A stretch of 64,000 nucleotides of DNA from Octopus sinensis (taxonomy: Eukaryota). The notes beneath the pieces are model-generated. The model was not told the DNA's origin. It searched no databases and was given only the letters and a program-made list of their open reading frames with translations. The DNA lies in NCBI RefSeq assembly GCF_006345805.1, contig NC_043001.1:18910001-18974000 (forward strand), given 5' to 3'. Both the position numbers and the translations under genes were made by a program. This document shows positions 52,959-64,000 of the stretch, in pieces. Each line of letters begins with the position of its first letter. Position 1 is the first letter of the stretch.

Positions 52959-53235
52959 GTGGAGGCGGAATGGCCCGGTTGTTAAGGCAGCGGACTGGCG
53001 GTCGAAGGATCGCGGTTTCGATTTCAGACCGGGCGTTGTGTGTGTTGGCTGGGGGATGTGGCGAACCCTGTGGTACTCTTTCGCCACAACTTTCTCTCCA
53101 TCTCTCTTCCTGTTTCTTGAGTAACGCTGCGATGGACTTGCATCCCGTCCAGCTGGGGGGAACACATACACCATAGAAACCAAGAAACCGGGCCCATGAG
53201 CCTGGCTAGGCTTGAAAAGGGCGAGAAAAAAAAGA
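52959..53235 (+). mobile_element. SINE family C, tail T2
   Basis: Family match. Confidence 0.88.
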
Positions 53236-53338
53236 ATGTATGTGTGCGTGTATTATGTATGTATGCACGTAATGTTTGGGCGATGTACATATGCATGCAT
53301 GTATGTATATGCATGCATGTATGTATATGTATATACGC

Positions 53339-53745
53339 ACGTCAGCATGTATGTGTTTATTTATGTATGCACGTATGTATGTACATAAGTACGCATGTAT
53401 ATATCTCTATGTATGTATGCATATATATGCATATAGGGGCTTGGATGGACATAAACATGATGAATTCATAAATATTGATGTATTCATATGACATAAATAT
53501 GATGCATTCGTGGCTGGCTGCACGTGCATGTGCGTATGTCATTATGTATGCATGTATGCATGTACATAAGTATGTATATGACTGCCTGCATGTATGTATG
53601 CATATGTGTACATAAGTAAGCATTTATGTATAAATTTATATATACGATCCTCTGCGCATGTGTGTGCTGCGTATGTTCGCGTGTGTGTAGGATGACAGTA
53701 TCAATATTAGTGCTTGGTCGTTATATTCTCATCGAATAAATTTCG
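53339..53745 (+). repeat. RY-rich dispersed duplication, copy 2
   Basis: See 47057-47460. Confidence 0.8.
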
Positions 53746-53996
53746 CGACTAATTTCCTAGTCGAATTAGCACAGCAGTGTTGATAATTGCTCTCACTAAT
53801 GCCTACTAATTACTTGCAATGGTTACACGTATAAATTAATAGATTTAGAATGATTATATTGAGTAATTCAAGTAATGAAATTGATAAGCAGAAATCTGGA
53901 AATCTTTTAATTTACATATTTGGATCAAAACTTGTCTTTGACGATCATCTGTTGCAAATCTTCAAACAGCATTACTTGATCTGTATTAAGTACTAT

Positions 53997-54380
53997 TCGT
54001 GGCACTCCGTCGGTTACGACGACGAGGGTTCCAGTTGATACAATCAACGGAACAGCCTGCTCGTGAAATTAATGTGCAAGTGGCTGAGCACTCCACAGAC
54101 ATGTGTAACCTTAACGTAGCCCTCGGGGAGATTCAGCGTGACACGGAGTGTGACAAGGCCGGCCCTTTGAAATACAGGTACAACAGAAACTGGAAGAAAG
54201 AGTGAGAGAAAATTGTGCTGAAAGAGTACAGCAGGGTTCGCCACCATCCTCTGCCGGATCCTCGTGGAGCTTTAGATGTTTTTGCTCAATAAACACTCAC
54301 AACGCCCGGTCTGGGAATCGAAACCGCGATCCTACGACCGCAAGTCCGCTGCCCTAAATACTAGGCCATTACGCCTCCAC
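53997..54380 (-). mobile_element. SINE family C, tail T1
   Basis: 13-bp TSD TATTAAGTACTAT. Confidence 0.92.
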
Positions 54381-54453
54381 TATTAAGTACTATACCGCTA
54401 CTACAGCTTTTCTCTACTTTACTATAATACTCTTGTTGTTTTGCATCACTTTC

Positions 54454-54486
<33 letters not shown>

Positions 54487-54488
54487 CT

Positions 54489-54721
54489 TGTTGTTTGTTT
54501 GTTCCTTCTCAAGCCATGCCTGGCTCATTAGGATCCGTTTCCAGGTTTCCTGGGCGTATAGGTTCCCCACCTGGACGGGACGTCGGTCCATCGCAGGTGA
54601 TCTGCAGGGTGCAGGAGGAAAGAGTGAGAGAAAGTTGTGGCGAAAGAGTCAGCAGAAGTTCGCCATTACCTTCTGCCGGTGCCGCGTGGGGCTTAGGTGA
54701 TTCGCTCATAAACACACACAT
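54489..54721 (-). mobile_element. SINE family C, tail T4, headless
   Basis: Body and tail match 43414-43702; head replaced by 54722-55065. Confidence 0.85.
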
Positions 54722-55065
54722 CCAGTTTCCTCTCCAGTCTTGCGTAGGCCTGGGCTAGATGTAAGAAAATCCTGGGTAGCCCAATCGTCAGGATTTCTCT
54801 CGCGACCTTGCTGACGTAGTCCAAGGGAGTGCAGAGCATTACGTTTGGCACCAGCTTTGTTGAGGGATCTGCTGGAAGAGTGTCGAGTCGAACACTAAAC
54901 CGCCTACGGGGCTCCACTCCAGATTTCTTTGAAGGTTGTCTCCTTTCCGTAGCTCTGGATAGGGGCCCGTACCGGGTACTGTCAGCCGGAGCCAGCTGAG
55001 CGTGGGATCATGTCAGGCATGGTTGTCACTCCCTGAAGTAGTGAAGAAAATCGCTACCCACTACC
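54722..55065 (-). mobile_element. Second copy of the putative LINE 5'UTR
   Basis: Reverse complement of 44979-45330. Confidence 0.7.
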
Positions 55066-55291
55066 TAAACAGAATGTATCCATTCTAATCTACAAAAATA
55101 TTACACCTCCTTCTATCTTTTTAACACAACGTAACCATTACATTCCCCTTCGTCTGTTTACCACAATAATGCAATTCCATCTGTTCCTCTACTGTTTTAC
55201 ACTATTATGATACTACAGACCCCTTTTGGTGTTCAGCTCTGTTCTAATATAGCAATAACATTCCTTTAGGCTGTTCTATATTACTATACTA

Positions 55292-55595
55292 AAACGATAA
55301 ACGTCGCCCTTTTCAAACCTAGCCAGGTTCATGGGCCCGGTTTCCCGGTTTCTGTGGCGTATGTGTCTCCCCCAGCTAGTCCGTCGCAGCGTTACTCAAG
55401 AAACAGAAAGAGAGGGTGAGAGAAAGCTGGAGCAAAATAATGCAACAGGGGTCACCACCACCCCCTGCCGGAGCCTCGTGGAGCTTTTAGGTGTTTTCGC
55501 TCAATAAACACACACAATGCTCGATCTGGGAATCGAAACCGCGATCCTTCGACCGCGCATCCGCTGCCCTAACCACTGGGCCATTGCGTCTCCAC
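55292..55595 (-). mobile_element. SINE family C, tail T2
   Basis: TSD TATTACTMTACTA. Confidence 0.88.
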
Positions 55596-55999
55596 TATTA
55601 CTCTACTACAATACTATAATTTCCTTTCATTGTTCTTCCTTAAAGCAATACTATATTCCGCTCTGGTTGTTCTATATTACACTTTACAACCTCCACTAGC
55701 TGCTTAATAATATCCTACAGTTGTACTACGATGCTGTCTAACGTACAACACACACTACAATTCACCACACCGTCTGGCTACTCAACTCTAAAACACTATT
55801 GCACTCCCCTCAAACTCTTCTACACCGCACAAAACTACAATCTCTTCAAGTTGTACCACACTATGCTACAACAGTTACTACTACAGAATATTCTACTCTA
55901 TAGAAGCACTATGATCTTTCCAATTGTTCTACGACTCCTCGACTGTAGTTGATTAATGCAGTTTTAAGAAGATTAGTTGAATAAGACAAACAAAGGTAT

Positions 56000-56773
56000 T
56001 TCTTATTTCTTTACTACCCACAACGGGCTAAACACAGAGAGGACAAACAAGGACAGGCAAACGGATTAAGTCGATTATATCGACCACAGTGCGTAACTGG
56101 TACTTATCTAATCGACCCCGAAAGGATGAAAGACAAAGTCGACCTCGGCGGAATTTGAACTCAGAACGTAGCAGCAGACGAAATACCTATTTCTTTACTA
56201 CCCACAAGGGGCTACATATAGAGGGGACAAACAAGGACAGACAAACTGATTAAGTCGATTATATCGACACCAGTGCGTAACAGATACTTATTTAATTGAC
56301 CCCGAAAGGATGAAAGGCAAAGTCGACCTCGGCGGAATTTGAACTCAGAACGTAGCGGCAGACAAAATACCTATTTCTTTACAAACCACAAGGGGCTAAA
56401 CGAAGAGAGGACAAACGGATTAAGTCGATTACATCGACCCCAGTGCGTAACTGGTACATATTTAATCGACCCCGAAAGGATGAAAGGCAAAGTCGACCTC
56501 GGCGGAATTTGAACTCAGAACGCAACGGCCGACGAAATACCTATTTCTTTACTACCCACAAGGGGTTAAACACAGAGAGGACAAACAAGGACAGACAAAC
56601 GGATTAAGTCGATTATATCGACCCCATGCGTAACTGGTACTTATTTAATCGACCCCGAAAAGATGAAAGGCAAAGTCGACCTCGGCGGAATTTGAACTCA
56701 GAACGTAGCGGCAGACGAAATACTGCTAAGCATTTCGCCCGGCGTGCTAACGTTTCTGCTAGCTCACCGCCTT
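56000..56773 (-). mobile_element. SINE family A, four units
   Basis: B-box anchors at 56151, 56335, 56505, 56688. Confidence 0.92.
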
Positions 56774-57593
56774 AAACTAAAGTACTTCTATTTTGTTCAG
56801 GGGTCAGTCTAAAGATAGATAGCAACCAAATAACTCTCATTAAATTATAACGTCGGAAAAACAAACGCCACACTGAAAAATGCAATCCTAAATATTTTAT
56901 GGCTAAGACAGTAGACAAAGGCTATTTTCACGACATATGTGCTCGATCAGGCCAAACAAACAACAACTAGATCGATAACGAGCAAACGTTGGAGACCTTC
57001 CGTGATTGCTTGACCTGTCAAAAATAGCCATCAAACATTTCTCAAAATCCTATCCATCAAACTTTTAAAGAACACATACATTCGACAATAATTGTAGCTG
57101 ATACACAAGAATGCATTCCGATCGACAAGAACATCTTTTACCATAAATCTGCTCGATTCGAGTTGACCTGCGATTTAACAACAACAAAACCAAAAACAAC
57201 AACAGCAACAACAACAAACTCAATTCTATTAGGCAGAGTCACATTTTTAATTGCTCCTCATCTATAATTGCGAATCGTCTTTTGCATATTATAATTGACA
57301 AATGGTGACTAACGTTAATCTTTAGCAAGATTACAATCTGTTGTTCTAAGTTACTGAAGTACAAGTCAACAGAGATTTACATAGATAAATGATTCTGTCA
57401 GAAATCCTCTGCGTAGTTGCTCGGCCCGCTAGAAATAGTTTCAATCATCTACATGACGGATACACCCAATGATATAATTCTAGGGTACTTTGCGTTTGTA
57501 AGCAAAGTCAGGCTGGCCATAATTGGAATTCCTGTGAATATAATATAATGGGTTAGTTGTGCCTAAGGTTAAAAGACAACAACAGCAGCAGTG

Positions 57594-57785
57594 GTGGTGC
57601 AATGGCCCAGTGGTTAGGGCAGTGGACTCGCGGTCGTAAGAACGCAGTTTCGATTCCCAGACCGGGCATTGTGAGTGTTTATTGAGCAAAAACACTTAAG
57701 CTTCACGTGGCTCCGGCGGGGTGGTGGTGAACCCCGCTCTACTCTTTCACCACAACTTTCTCTCACTCTTTCTTCCTACTTCTGC
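57594..57785 (+). mobile_element. SINE family C head and core, tail unresolved
   Basis: Matches the head and core, then diverges. Confidence 0.8.
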
Positions 57786-58236
57786 CACAAATCAGAGGAA
57801 CCATGGTGTAACCCACTATGGTGTGGTAAACTTTCAGACCCTAGTCTAGATTGCGAATCCTCTGTACCCCAGGATGATTCAGTTCTCCATCCGTTAAAAA
57901 AGCCACCGTTTACGGAATGAGGTAACAACGTAGCTTTCGCGCCCGTGCAACCGCCAGTCTATCGCGTGTGGTGGGTGGATCTTCAAGTTGCCACACGCAT
58001 TCTTAGTAGCTTAGAGTAGGCTCGAATTAGAGATTATTCTTTGTGGCTAATGACGTGAGTCCTGATTGGAAGAAGAAGAAGAAGAAGAAGAAGACAAAGC
58101 GAAAACTGCTTCTAATGTAATTGCTGTAACAAAAACAGAAGTATCAGCAACAACTGCTGCCAGAGCAGCAGCAACTACTACTACTACTACTACTACTACT
58201 ACAACAATAACACCAAAAACCGCAACAACAACAGCA

Positions 58237-58610
58237 GTGGAGGCGCAATGGCCCAGTGGTTAGGGCAGCGGACTCGCGGTCGGAGGATCGAGGTTTCGAT
58301 TCCCAGACCGGGCGTTGTGTGTGTTTATTGAGCGAAAACACCAAAAAGCTCCACGAGGCTCCGGCAGAGGGTGGTGGTGACCCCTATTGTATTCTTTCGC
58401 TCCAAATTTCCCTCACTCTTTCTTTCTGTTTCTTGTGTCCGACTTCCTACGCAACCGCTGAGTCTGGATGCGCATTCATCTGTAACAAGCGGAGGTTGAC
58501 CTGCTTTTCTCTTCTGAATAGCAAAGGACCACGTTTCGGACTTCTCCCACTACAGAGGCGCGAGCGCTGGGACGAAGACCGTTTCGCTCAACAAACAAAC
58601 AAACAAACAA
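58237..58610 (+). mobile_element. SINE family C, tail T3
   Basis: TSD CAACAACAGCA; (AAAC)n tail. Confidence 0.9.
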
Positions 58611-58989
58611 ACAACAACAGCAATAACAACTACCAATCTTGACTAAAGGAGGCAATAGTCGAAAAGTATCAACGCTGACTTGATCTACAGGAAAAAGTAA
58701 CCAAGTCTCTCTCAAATCACATCGTACATTCGTAAAAAGGAAAGAGTTTTGTATTAAGAAAAATCCTCTCTAATTTTGACAGCGACGGAATGATTGGAAG
58801 ATCGGTGATGGCTGATTGACGTTAAGAGAGTGTACAAAGAGAGGCTCTATAATCTTACGGATCAAAGAATATATTGGATAATATTACGTTACGTTTACAT
58901 CGCCCTTGGTCAGAAGTCTACTCGATCTATATGATCCTTCTAAAATTATATGAATTCAGAACTATCTCATGATTTTAAAAATTATCATA

Positions 58990-59400
58990 GGCGCAGGAGT
59001 GGCTGTGTGGTAAGTAGCTTGCTTACCAACCACATGGTTCTGGGTTCAGTCCCACTGCGTGGCACCTTGGGCTAGTGTCTTCTACTATAGCCTCGGGCCG
59101 ACCAAAGCCTTGTGAGTAGATCTGGTAGACGGAAACTGAAAGAAGCCCGTCGTATATATGCATATATATATGTGTATGTGTGTGTATATGTTTGTGTGTC
59201 TGTATTTGTCCTTTCAACATCGCTTGACTACCGATGCTGGTGTGTTCACGTCCCCGTAACTTAGCGGTTCGGCGAAAGATATCGATAGAATAGGTGCTAG
59301 GCTTACAAAGAATAAGTCCTGGGGTCGATTTGCTCGACTAAAAGGCAGTGCTCCAGCATGGTCACAGTCAATGACTGAAACAAGTAAAAGCGTAAAAGAG
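58990..59400 (+). mobile_element. SINE family B
   Basis: Full family match, short internal tract. Confidence 0.9.
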
Positions 59401-59422
59401 TATACGTATAACATCAAGGAAG

Positions 59423-59598
<176 letters not shown>

Positions 59599-59643
59599 TG
59601 TATATGAATGTATGTACGTATGTATTCAGCATATGATCTCAAA

Positions 59644-60192
59644 TCTTTATATATAAAAGTAAGGTTGTGTGTCTGTCTACTCCGATTTAGATTCCTAACT
59701 ACTCCCACATTTTGCGGTGCAGTTTAACCAAAACCGGGTATCTTATAGTTGTGATTCATATCGAGCCTTTCTGGGTATTAGCGCGCGTCTACGATGAGTC
59801 TACGATTTTAAAAATAATTTACCATAATTCTTTTCCATTTTAATGCATATTTTTTAAATATAAGGGAGTAACTCTCTAAAAATGTCTACGATGAGTCAAC
59901 GATTTAAAAAAAAAATTACCATCATATTTTTTCCATTCTTAATGCATATTTTTTAAATATAAGGAGTAACTCTCTAAAAATGTCTACGATGAGTCAACGA
60001 TTTAAAAAAAAAATTACCATCATATTTTTTCCATTCTTAATGCATATTTTTTAAATATAAGGGAGTAACTCTCTAAAAATGTCTACGATGAGTCAACGAT
60101 TTAAAAAAAAATTACCATCATATTTTTTCCATTCTTAATGCATTTTTTTGCTATTTTTTGGCTATAACTCTCTAAAAATGCGATACTGCTAG
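59644..60192 (+). mobile_element. Non-autonomous Helitron H1 with ~98-bp internal tandem repeats, lacking the 3' hairpin
   Basis: A|TC start, CTAG|T end; GTCTACGATGAGTC at 59787, 59884, 59982, 60081. Confidence 0.85.
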
Positions 60193-60872
60193 TATATGAT
60201 ATATCTGTAGTATAATGGAGCAAAAGCCAATTACATATTACTGTGTGTGTACCCTTATGTATATATATATATATATATATATACGTATGAGTGTGTAAAT
60301 TTTACTCTGGCAATCTTCTGGTTCAGTCTATAATAAACAGTAATAATTTCAGTTTTAAGATACTTTCATAAAAATCTAAATTTTATTTTCATGACTTCGC
60401 GGCTCTCAGGTTTTCCCAATCTTCAGCGCATAACTAAACCCTATCCACCTCTATCTTTAAAACTATTCACTTCTTTCTCACTTCTAGTTTGACATTTGAA
60501 TATTGCATGCGTGTCTTCGTGTTTCTGTTTTCGTTACAGCATTATTTTTGTGCTGTTGTTGTTTATTTATTCTACAATGTTGTTCATGTCACTGTTAATT
60601 TATCACAGGTGATATTTTTTGTTAGCATTCAATAATTACCTTTTCGTTATTAAATATTGTTGTTTATGTTCGTGTTGTTTTTAGTGTTTTCGGCTGTCAT
60701 TTAAGATGCGAGCATTTCCTTCCAGCCGATCGGACGCGACTAATTCTATCCTACTGCTTAGAATATTTTGTCATTGTCCATTGTCGAACATAGAACGGAG
60801 TGATTATAGGGCAGTACAGATACAATTTCTAGCAGAGCAGTCGACCTCATCGGGTCTCTATCGTAAGAGACC

Positions 60873-60997
60873 CAATGTAATCTCCAGGGATACAGGCATC
60901 CAGGAACAGGACCTCCGTAATGCTATGATGGACCGTGAAGTCTGGCGTAGCATAGTGAATTCCAGTGTCTCGACCACGGTCGAACAATGATGATGAT
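60873..60997 (+). mobile_element. 3' end of an RTE-like LINE
   Basis: VISRDTGIQEQDLRNAMMDREVWRSIV..* followed by (TGA)n tail. Confidence 0.75.
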
Positions 60998-61312
60998 CTA
61001 TCATAAAATTAAACAGGGGTTATTTAGTTCATTGATGATGTCAGTGATAGTAATAATTGTTTCAGATTTTGACAAATTAAGGCCAACAAATTAAGTGTGC
61101 AGGTTAATCAATTCCATCGAAATCAGTGAATGACTTGTACTTTGTACTATCGACTCTGAAAGGCTGAAAAGCCACGCTGACTTCGGTGGTATTAGCAGTC
61201 AGAACGTAAAGAGCCGAAAGAAAATTATACCAAATATTTTGTTTGCGCGCTAACGATTCTGCGAATATTAAAAATAATCTGCTCTACTGTAAGCATAATG
61301 CCCGGTAGGATA

Positions 61313-61493
61313 GGCGTAGGAGTGGATGTGTGGTAAGTATTTTGCTTACCAACCACATGGTTCCGGGCTCAGTCCCACTGCGTGGCACCTTGGGCAAGTG
61401 TTTTCTATTATAGCTTCGGGCCGACCAAAGCCTTGTGAGTGGATTTGGTAGACGGAAGCTGAAAGAAGCCTGTCGTATATATGTATTTATATA

Positions 61494-61579
<86 letters not shown>

Positions 61580-61801
61580 GTGTGTGTGTGTTGTGTGTGT
61601 CAGTGTGTCTGTGTTTGTCCCCACAACATCGCTTGAAAACCGATGCTGGTGTGTTTACGCCCCCGTAACTTAGTGGTTCGGCAAAAGGGACCGATAGAGT
61701 AAGTACTAGGCATACAAAGAATAAGTCATGGGGTCTATTTGCCCGACTAAAGGCGGTGTTCCAGCATGACCGCAGTCAAATGACTAAAATAAGTAAAAGA
61801 G
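61313..61801 (+). mobile_element. SINE family B
   Basis: Full family match. Confidence 0.9.
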
Positions 61802-62876
61802 GGTATTTTAGGGGAAGTAGCTCCTCGATTGGCGGCCAACGTTTGAGAACTTGAATGATGATGGTGTTAAAATTTCTTTACGCGTCAGCATCATTCATAT
61901 TTGTAGAGCGTGCACAAAACCCCAAGATGAATCGCAGCGTTCTTGAAGACTTCAATACTGCATAAAAGGTTTGCCTATGTTCAGTTATTTTCCGTTTTTT
62001 TCTTTTTTCATGCCAGGTCCCCTTCATTTCGGAGAACATAGTCGGCCATAAGATTTTCAATATTTAATTTTTTTTTTCTCTAAATTATATACTTTAAGCA
62101 TAACGAATTGCGATAATTGAAAAAAGAAAAAAGGACAAAAAATAAATTCAATTTTTTTTTATTCCTCAACAATCTCTTTAATGCATATGGCTTCATAATC
62201 TTTGTTGCATAAATATTCATATACATGTGTGTGGGGGTGTGCGTAATATACATATATATGTGTATGTGTGTGCATATGTGTTTAAGTATACATACATATA
62301 ATATAGATAAATTTAATATAGACGCCATATTAACAAAATAGGGGAGAGAATATTAAATGGAATTTGTGGAAATACCTACAATCCTGGATATAATGAATAG
62401 ATAGATAAATAGATAGATAGATATATAGATAGATAGATAGATAGATTATGAGACAGATAAGTATGCATGTATAAATGCACACACACACACGCACACACGC
62501 ACACGCACACGCACACACACACACACACACACACAGCTGTTATAATGACATCAAAGTCACGATGTCAGTGAAATCTACTCGGTCTTGACTCCACTTATGC
62601 AGATATTCTCACCAAGCTTTTTAATAGTTTGTTACATTTGATTCGAGATGAAAATTCTGGTACCGTGCATTGCTTCTTAGAGCAACTCGATATATATACC
62701 TGACAGTAAACCAAAACCATTTAATTCCAAGATTTTGTGTTTTACAACTGAATGAATTTGATAAAAGCATCTAAATATCAAGCATCAGGAAAATTGTTCA
62801 AACTGAAGTCCTTGAACGACATATTTTTCCATTCGAGTTAATATAGAATTAGTGATAGTATTTATGGATATTATGG

Positions 62877-62947
<71 letters not shown>

Positions 62948-62952
62948 ATATA

Positions 62953-63435
62953 CTAGCAGTATCGCCCGGCGTTGCTCGGGTTTGTAAGGGAAATAACTAT
63001 ATAAGCATTTTTAGAGAGTGCCAATTCGGGCTTTCTTAGCCATTTCTGTTTTGGTGTCTTCAAGCCATGAAGTCGTTGTTCTAAAAGAACGCTGGTCTCC
63101 TTGACAACGCTTTACGACGTTGATTTCCTTACACTCCCTTCCCCACAGCTTCACGAGGGAGGGAAGTAGGGGGAGAAGCAGGTGCAGGTGTGACCATGGA
63201 CGCCAACTCCGCCGCCATCGACACACGAAAAATTATGCATTAAAATGGAATAAAAAATGATGTTAAATTATTTTTAAAATCGTAGACTCATCGTAGACGG
63301 GCGCTAATACTTAGACGGGCTCGATATGAATCACGACTATAAGATACCCGAATTTGGTTAAACTGCACCGCAAAATGTGGGAGTAGTTAGGAATCTAAAT
63401 CGTCGGAGACAGACACTCACCACAACTACGTTTTT

Positions 63436-63445
<10 letters not shown>
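62953..63445 (-). mobile_element. Non-autonomous Helitron H1 with a distinct GC-rich interior
   Basis: CTAG end plus hairpin at 62953-62985; 5' ~170 bp homologous to 59644-59840. Confidence 0.85.
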
Positions 63446-63482
<37 letters not shown>

Positions 63483-63569
63483 TATATATATTATATGTAT
63501 ATATATTTTATATATATATATATGTGTATATATCTACATCTATATCTATATCTATCTCTATCTCTTTCA

Positions 63570-63613
<44 letters not shown>

Positions 63614-63614
63614 G

Positions 63615-63830
63615 AACTTAGATAAACTTAGATATATTTCGACCAAGGATTGGTCCAGACCATGTCTAACTTAATAGCATCACCTGACAGGAATAACTAA
63701 GACAAGTTTTGTGGTATCATGGTCGATTCGAGTAGGGACTTCTTGCTGAGTGAGTTGTATTCAGGTATAGGTGGCTTATCTGGTATTCCTTGAAGAAATT
63801 TGTCCAGACTCCGTTTGAAGGTAATGGGAT
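63615..63830 (-). mobile_element. 3' fragment of the LINE family at 26478-27066
   Basis: Reverse complement similar to 26855-27066, including the terminal hairpin. Confidence 0.85.
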
Positions 63831-64000
63831 CATTATCATACATTAATAATGAAACAATTGTTCAGGGTTAATCTATTTTTTTCGTTATTTTTCACTTGCC
63901 CCACGTTAAATGTTGTGTTATTTCTCCTTGGAAACAATTTTTTAGTGGCTATACCATAGTGGATCTATTTTTAACACTAGAGTAGACCACATAGTGGTCG

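Noticed and set aside
55070-55960. G-poor, CTA/TAC-rich stretch with 60-73-aa ORFs
   Set aside because: Looks like decayed cryptic simple repeat; no unit or protein motif could be defined
60820-60875. Minus-strand CCGATGA..GAAA resembling a hammerhead
   Set aside because: No stem II, and no stem I partner after a UH site

Overview
AT-rich eukaryotic non-coding DNA, densely packed with microsatellites and transposable-element relics. The repeat repertoire looks octopus-like (inference, not verified). I recognise no intact host gene, rRNA, true tRNA gene or CRISPR array. The long ORFs in the track are microsatellite or minisatellite artefacts, or decayed TE ORFs. Identified elements: three families of tRNA-derived SINEs (called A, B and C here), Tc1, mariner and maT transposon relics, several MITEs, non-autonomous Helitrons and a Helentron-type element, a fossil Helitron Pif1 helicase, RLE-type (R4/Dong-like), CR1/L2-group and RTE-like LINE fragments, and many Penelope-like (PLE) fragments, several of them fold-backs. 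The most notable signal, found by manual folding, is a set of minimal type I hammerhead ribozyme motifs in unrelated PLE-like fragments. They include a canonical pair in a 275-bp inverted repeat and core variants G3:C8, C4, U6 and possibly U3:A8, most with palindromic stem III. All alignments and folds were done by eye, and fuzzy boundaries are approximate.
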